DNA from: Candidatus Hydrogenedentota bacterium
GTDB taxonomy: Bacteria > Hydrogenedentota > Hydrogenedentia > Hydrogenedentales > JAEUWI01
Assembly (NCBI GenBank): GCA_034669905.1
Contig: JAXMOL010000082.1
Location: forward strand, 1 to 18,450
Direction: 5' to 3'
Length of the DNA stretch: 18,450 bases
Positions 16,574-18,450 of this stretch are shown piece by piece (the first letter of the stretch is position 1; every line of letters starts with the position of its first letter). The notes under the pieces were generated by a model. The model did not search any database and was not told the origin of the DNA. It saw only the letters and a program-made list of their open reading frames with translations. The position numbers were made by a program, and so were the translations under genes.

Positions 16574-17131
16574 ATGAGTTGGGATGTTATCGTTTTCGAT
16601 CTTGACGGGAAGCCGCCCGCCAATATTCTTGGGCTACCGGATGACTATGAGATCCCGGAAATTGGCGCTTCGGACGTGGTCAGGAAGGCCATTTCGTCGG
16701 GGTTTCCTGCTACGGATTGGAGTGACACGGGGTGGGGTGTTGTGGACGGGGATGGGTGGTCCATTGAATTCAATATCGGGCAGGAGGCGGAGGTTGGGCA
16801 AATGATGATATGGCATGTGCGCGGTTCGGGGGACCCGGTGACGCCCATTGCCGCGTTGTGTAAGGCCCAGGGCTGGTCCCCGCTCGATTCGGTTGACAGC
16901 CAGTTTCTCGACCTGGACGCGCCTTCCACCGAGGGGTGGGAGCACTTTCAGGCGTTTCGCGATCAGATCCTGGCGAAGGGAGGAACGTTCTCTGACCCGA
17001 TGGGCATGGATTCCGGCTATAACGCGCTCCTTAAGACCGGGCTGGACGTTGGGATTTTTATCTGGTTTGGGTTTCTGATCGTGGCGGGTATTTACGTGGC
17101 CAGAAGGTTTTCGCGTACACAATCCGGTTGA
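16574..17131 (+). CDS. Hypothetical protein with a C-terminal transmembrane helix, 185 aa
   Basis: MSWDVIVFD...FPATDWSDTGWG...WSIEFNIG...HVRGSGDP...GWSPLD resembles, from recall, a conserved hypothetical family; C-terminal helix VGIFIWFGFLIVAGIYVA followed by RR; GAGGG before ATG 16574. Confidence 0.82.
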   Translation: MSWDVIVFDLDGKPPANILGLPDDYEIPEIGASDVVRKAISSGFPATDWSDTGWGVVDGDGWSIEFNIGQEAEVGQMMIWHVRGSGDPVTPIAALCKAQGWSPLDSVDSQFLDLDAPSTEGWEHFQAFRDQILAKGGTFSDPMGMDSGYNALLKTGLDVGIFIWFGFLIVAGIYVARRFSRTQSG

Positions 17132-17142
17132 GGGCGACGCAC

Positions 17143-17160
17143 CCCGCACAGGAGTGCGGG
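17143..17160. repeat. REP-like hairpin abutting the IS30 left end
   Basis: CCCGCAC-AGGA-GTGCGGG, a perfect 7-bp stem ending at the base before the IRL. Confidence 0.7.
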
Positions 17161-17253
17161 CTCAGATTCATAAACTAAGTGCAATGTTTTGGCCTAGCGT
17201 CCTAATTGCTGTTCTCTTCCGGTTCGCTGTCTTTTTGGCAGGGGGGCTGAGAC

Positions 17254-17340
17254 AGTTTTTTGGGGCGCGTAGCGGAGGTCGTGTTCGCCGTAGGCGAACT
17301 GCCCGTAGGGCAAGGCCGGAGCGGAGCGCCCCAAAAAACT
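17254..17340 (+). other. Branched secondary-structure element in the IS30 leader
   Basis: A perfect 15-bp outer stem AGTTTTTTGGGGCGC / GCGCCCCAAAAAACT encloses GTTCGCC-GTA-GGCGAAC (17283-17299) and TGCCC-GTA-GGGCA (17300-17312). Confidence 0.85.
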
Positions 17341-17447
17341 CGGCGGCTGCTCTGGGTGGTATTCCGCTTAGAATTAACAAGGACATCGTGTTGGTATTTC
17401 TGTATTCTTTTTGTGCGACCAAACAGACACAGAAAGGACCATACACG

Positions 17448-18443
17448 ATGCCCTATTCTCATCTTACCCCATTCGAGCGGGGTCAGATCCATGCGCTGCG
17501 CAACGAAGGCTGTAGTAACGCCCACATCGCGCGAAAGCTGCAGCGTCATCCGGCCACGATCGGCCGGGAACTGCGCCGGAACGGTCGACAGAATGGGTAC
17601 AATCCAGCCAAAGCGCAACAACGGTACAAGGAACGCAGAATGGCCTGCCGCCCGGCTAGGAAACTGGAGTACTCGTTGCTCTGGACGACTCTTATCGATT
17701 CAGTGCTAAAAAGATGGACTCCGCAGCTCATTGCGGGCCGCCTGCCTCTGGATTTCCCGGACGACCCACGAATGCGCATCAGCCATGAGGCCATTTACCA
17801 GGCGATCTACAGCGACCCACGGCTGCATTTTCTAATCGAATTTCTCCCCCAGGCGCGACCCCGCCGCCGCAAGCATGGACAGGGAAAAACTCGCCGAGCC
17901 CCGTCCATACCCAACCGCGTTGGCATTGAAGAGCGGCCAGCGATAATCGACGAGCGGGGACGCTTCGGAGATTGGGAAGGCGACCTCATCGTTGGCGCCG
18001 GACAGAGCGGCTATATCCTCACATTGACCGAGAGAAAGTCCAGGTTGTTGCTGGCACGCAAACTCACAACCAAAGATGCCCAGGTTGTATCTGATGCTGT
18101 TATTGATGCCCTCTACGACGTTCCCCAGTCCTGGATCAAAACTATCACCTTTGACAACGGTACCGAATTCGCGGCGCACGAACGTATCACGAAAGCACTA
18201 AACGTCAGGATATTCTTTGCCGACCCCTACGCCTCATACCAGCGTGGGACAAACGAAAACACCAATGGGCTAATTCGACGTTATCTCCCTAAAAACGAAA
18301 GCTTCGAGAAACTGGACGAGAAGGCCCTTGAGCGAATAACCAAGGAAATCAACGAACGACCAAAAGCACTCTTAGAATTCAGAACACCCAACGAAACCTT
18401 CAACGCCGAATGTCAAAAAAGAAGAATTGCACTTAATGCTTGA
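17448..18443 (+). CDS. IS30 family transposase, 331 aa
   Basis: HTH YSHLTPFERGQI...IARKLQRHPATIGRELRRN; ISHEAIYQAIY; DDE motifs WEGDLI, TFDNGTEF, QRGTNENTNGLIRRYLPK; RBS AAAGGA before ATG 17448. Confidence 0.97.
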   Translation: MPYSHLTPFERGQIHALRNEGCSNAHIARKLQRHPATIGRELRRNGRQNGYNPAKAQQRYKERRMACRPARKLEYSLLWTTLIDSVLKRWTPQLIAGRLPLDFPDDPRMRISHEAIYQAIYSDPRLHFLIEFLPQARPRRRKHGQGKTRRAPSIPNRVGIEERPAIIDERGRFGDWEGDLIVGAGQSGYILTLTERKSRLLLARKLTTKDAQVVSDAVIDALYDVPQSWIKTITFDNGTEFAAHERITKALNVRIFFADPYASYQRGTNENTNGLIRRYLPKNESFEKLDEKALERITKEINERPKALLEFRTPNETFNAECQKRRIALNA

Positions 18444-18450
18444 ATGTGGC

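Larger units (their letters stand above)
17161..18450 (+). mobile_element. IS30-family insertion sequence, about 1290 bp, apparently complete
   Basis: IRL CTCAGATTCATAAACTAAGTGCAAT (17161-17185) matches the reverse complement of IRR GCCACATTCAAGCATTAAGTGCAAT (18426-18450) at 18/25 positions. The transposase stop lies inside the IRR, as is typical of IS30. The exact tips are uncertain by about 2 nt. Confidence 0.88.

Noticed and set aside
17154..17447. 98-aa in-frame extension of the IS30 transposase
   Set aside because: It starts outside the IRL and translates the hairpin region. The RBS and HTH begin at 17448.
1..18450. Composite transposon bounded by the two IS ends
   Set aside because: The ends belong to different families and share no IR. 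Contig breakage at repeats is the simpler explanation.

Overview
GC-rich bacterial window; the gene types suggest a Hydrogenedentota/Planctomycetota-like organism, which is inference only. It starts in a probable IS256-like right end and finishes at the right inverted repeat of a complete IS30-family element, so it probably runs between two repeat-induced contig breaks. The + strand carries a 1035-aa ECF sigma factor fused to a transmembrane helix and about 8 carboxypeptidase-regulatory-like repeats, three orphan membrane-protein genes and the IS30 transposase. The - strand carries mostly exported or carbohydrate-related enzymes: a Tat Gfo/Idh/MocA oxidoreductase, an FGE/SUMF1-domain protein, two TIM-barrel glycoside-hydrolase-like proteins, an alpha/beta esterase, an Mpo1/DUF962 protein and a Tat metallophosphoesterase. 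The most unusual signals are non-coding. They include a four-copy REP-like family with covarying stems, paired 10-nt and 9-nt periodic CACGAA/CACGGA triads at two loci, perfect palindromes, both IS ends abutting REP-like hairpins, and a branched GNA-triloop structure in the long IS30 leader. No new system is demonstrated from sequence alone; the best candidates are listed with tests.
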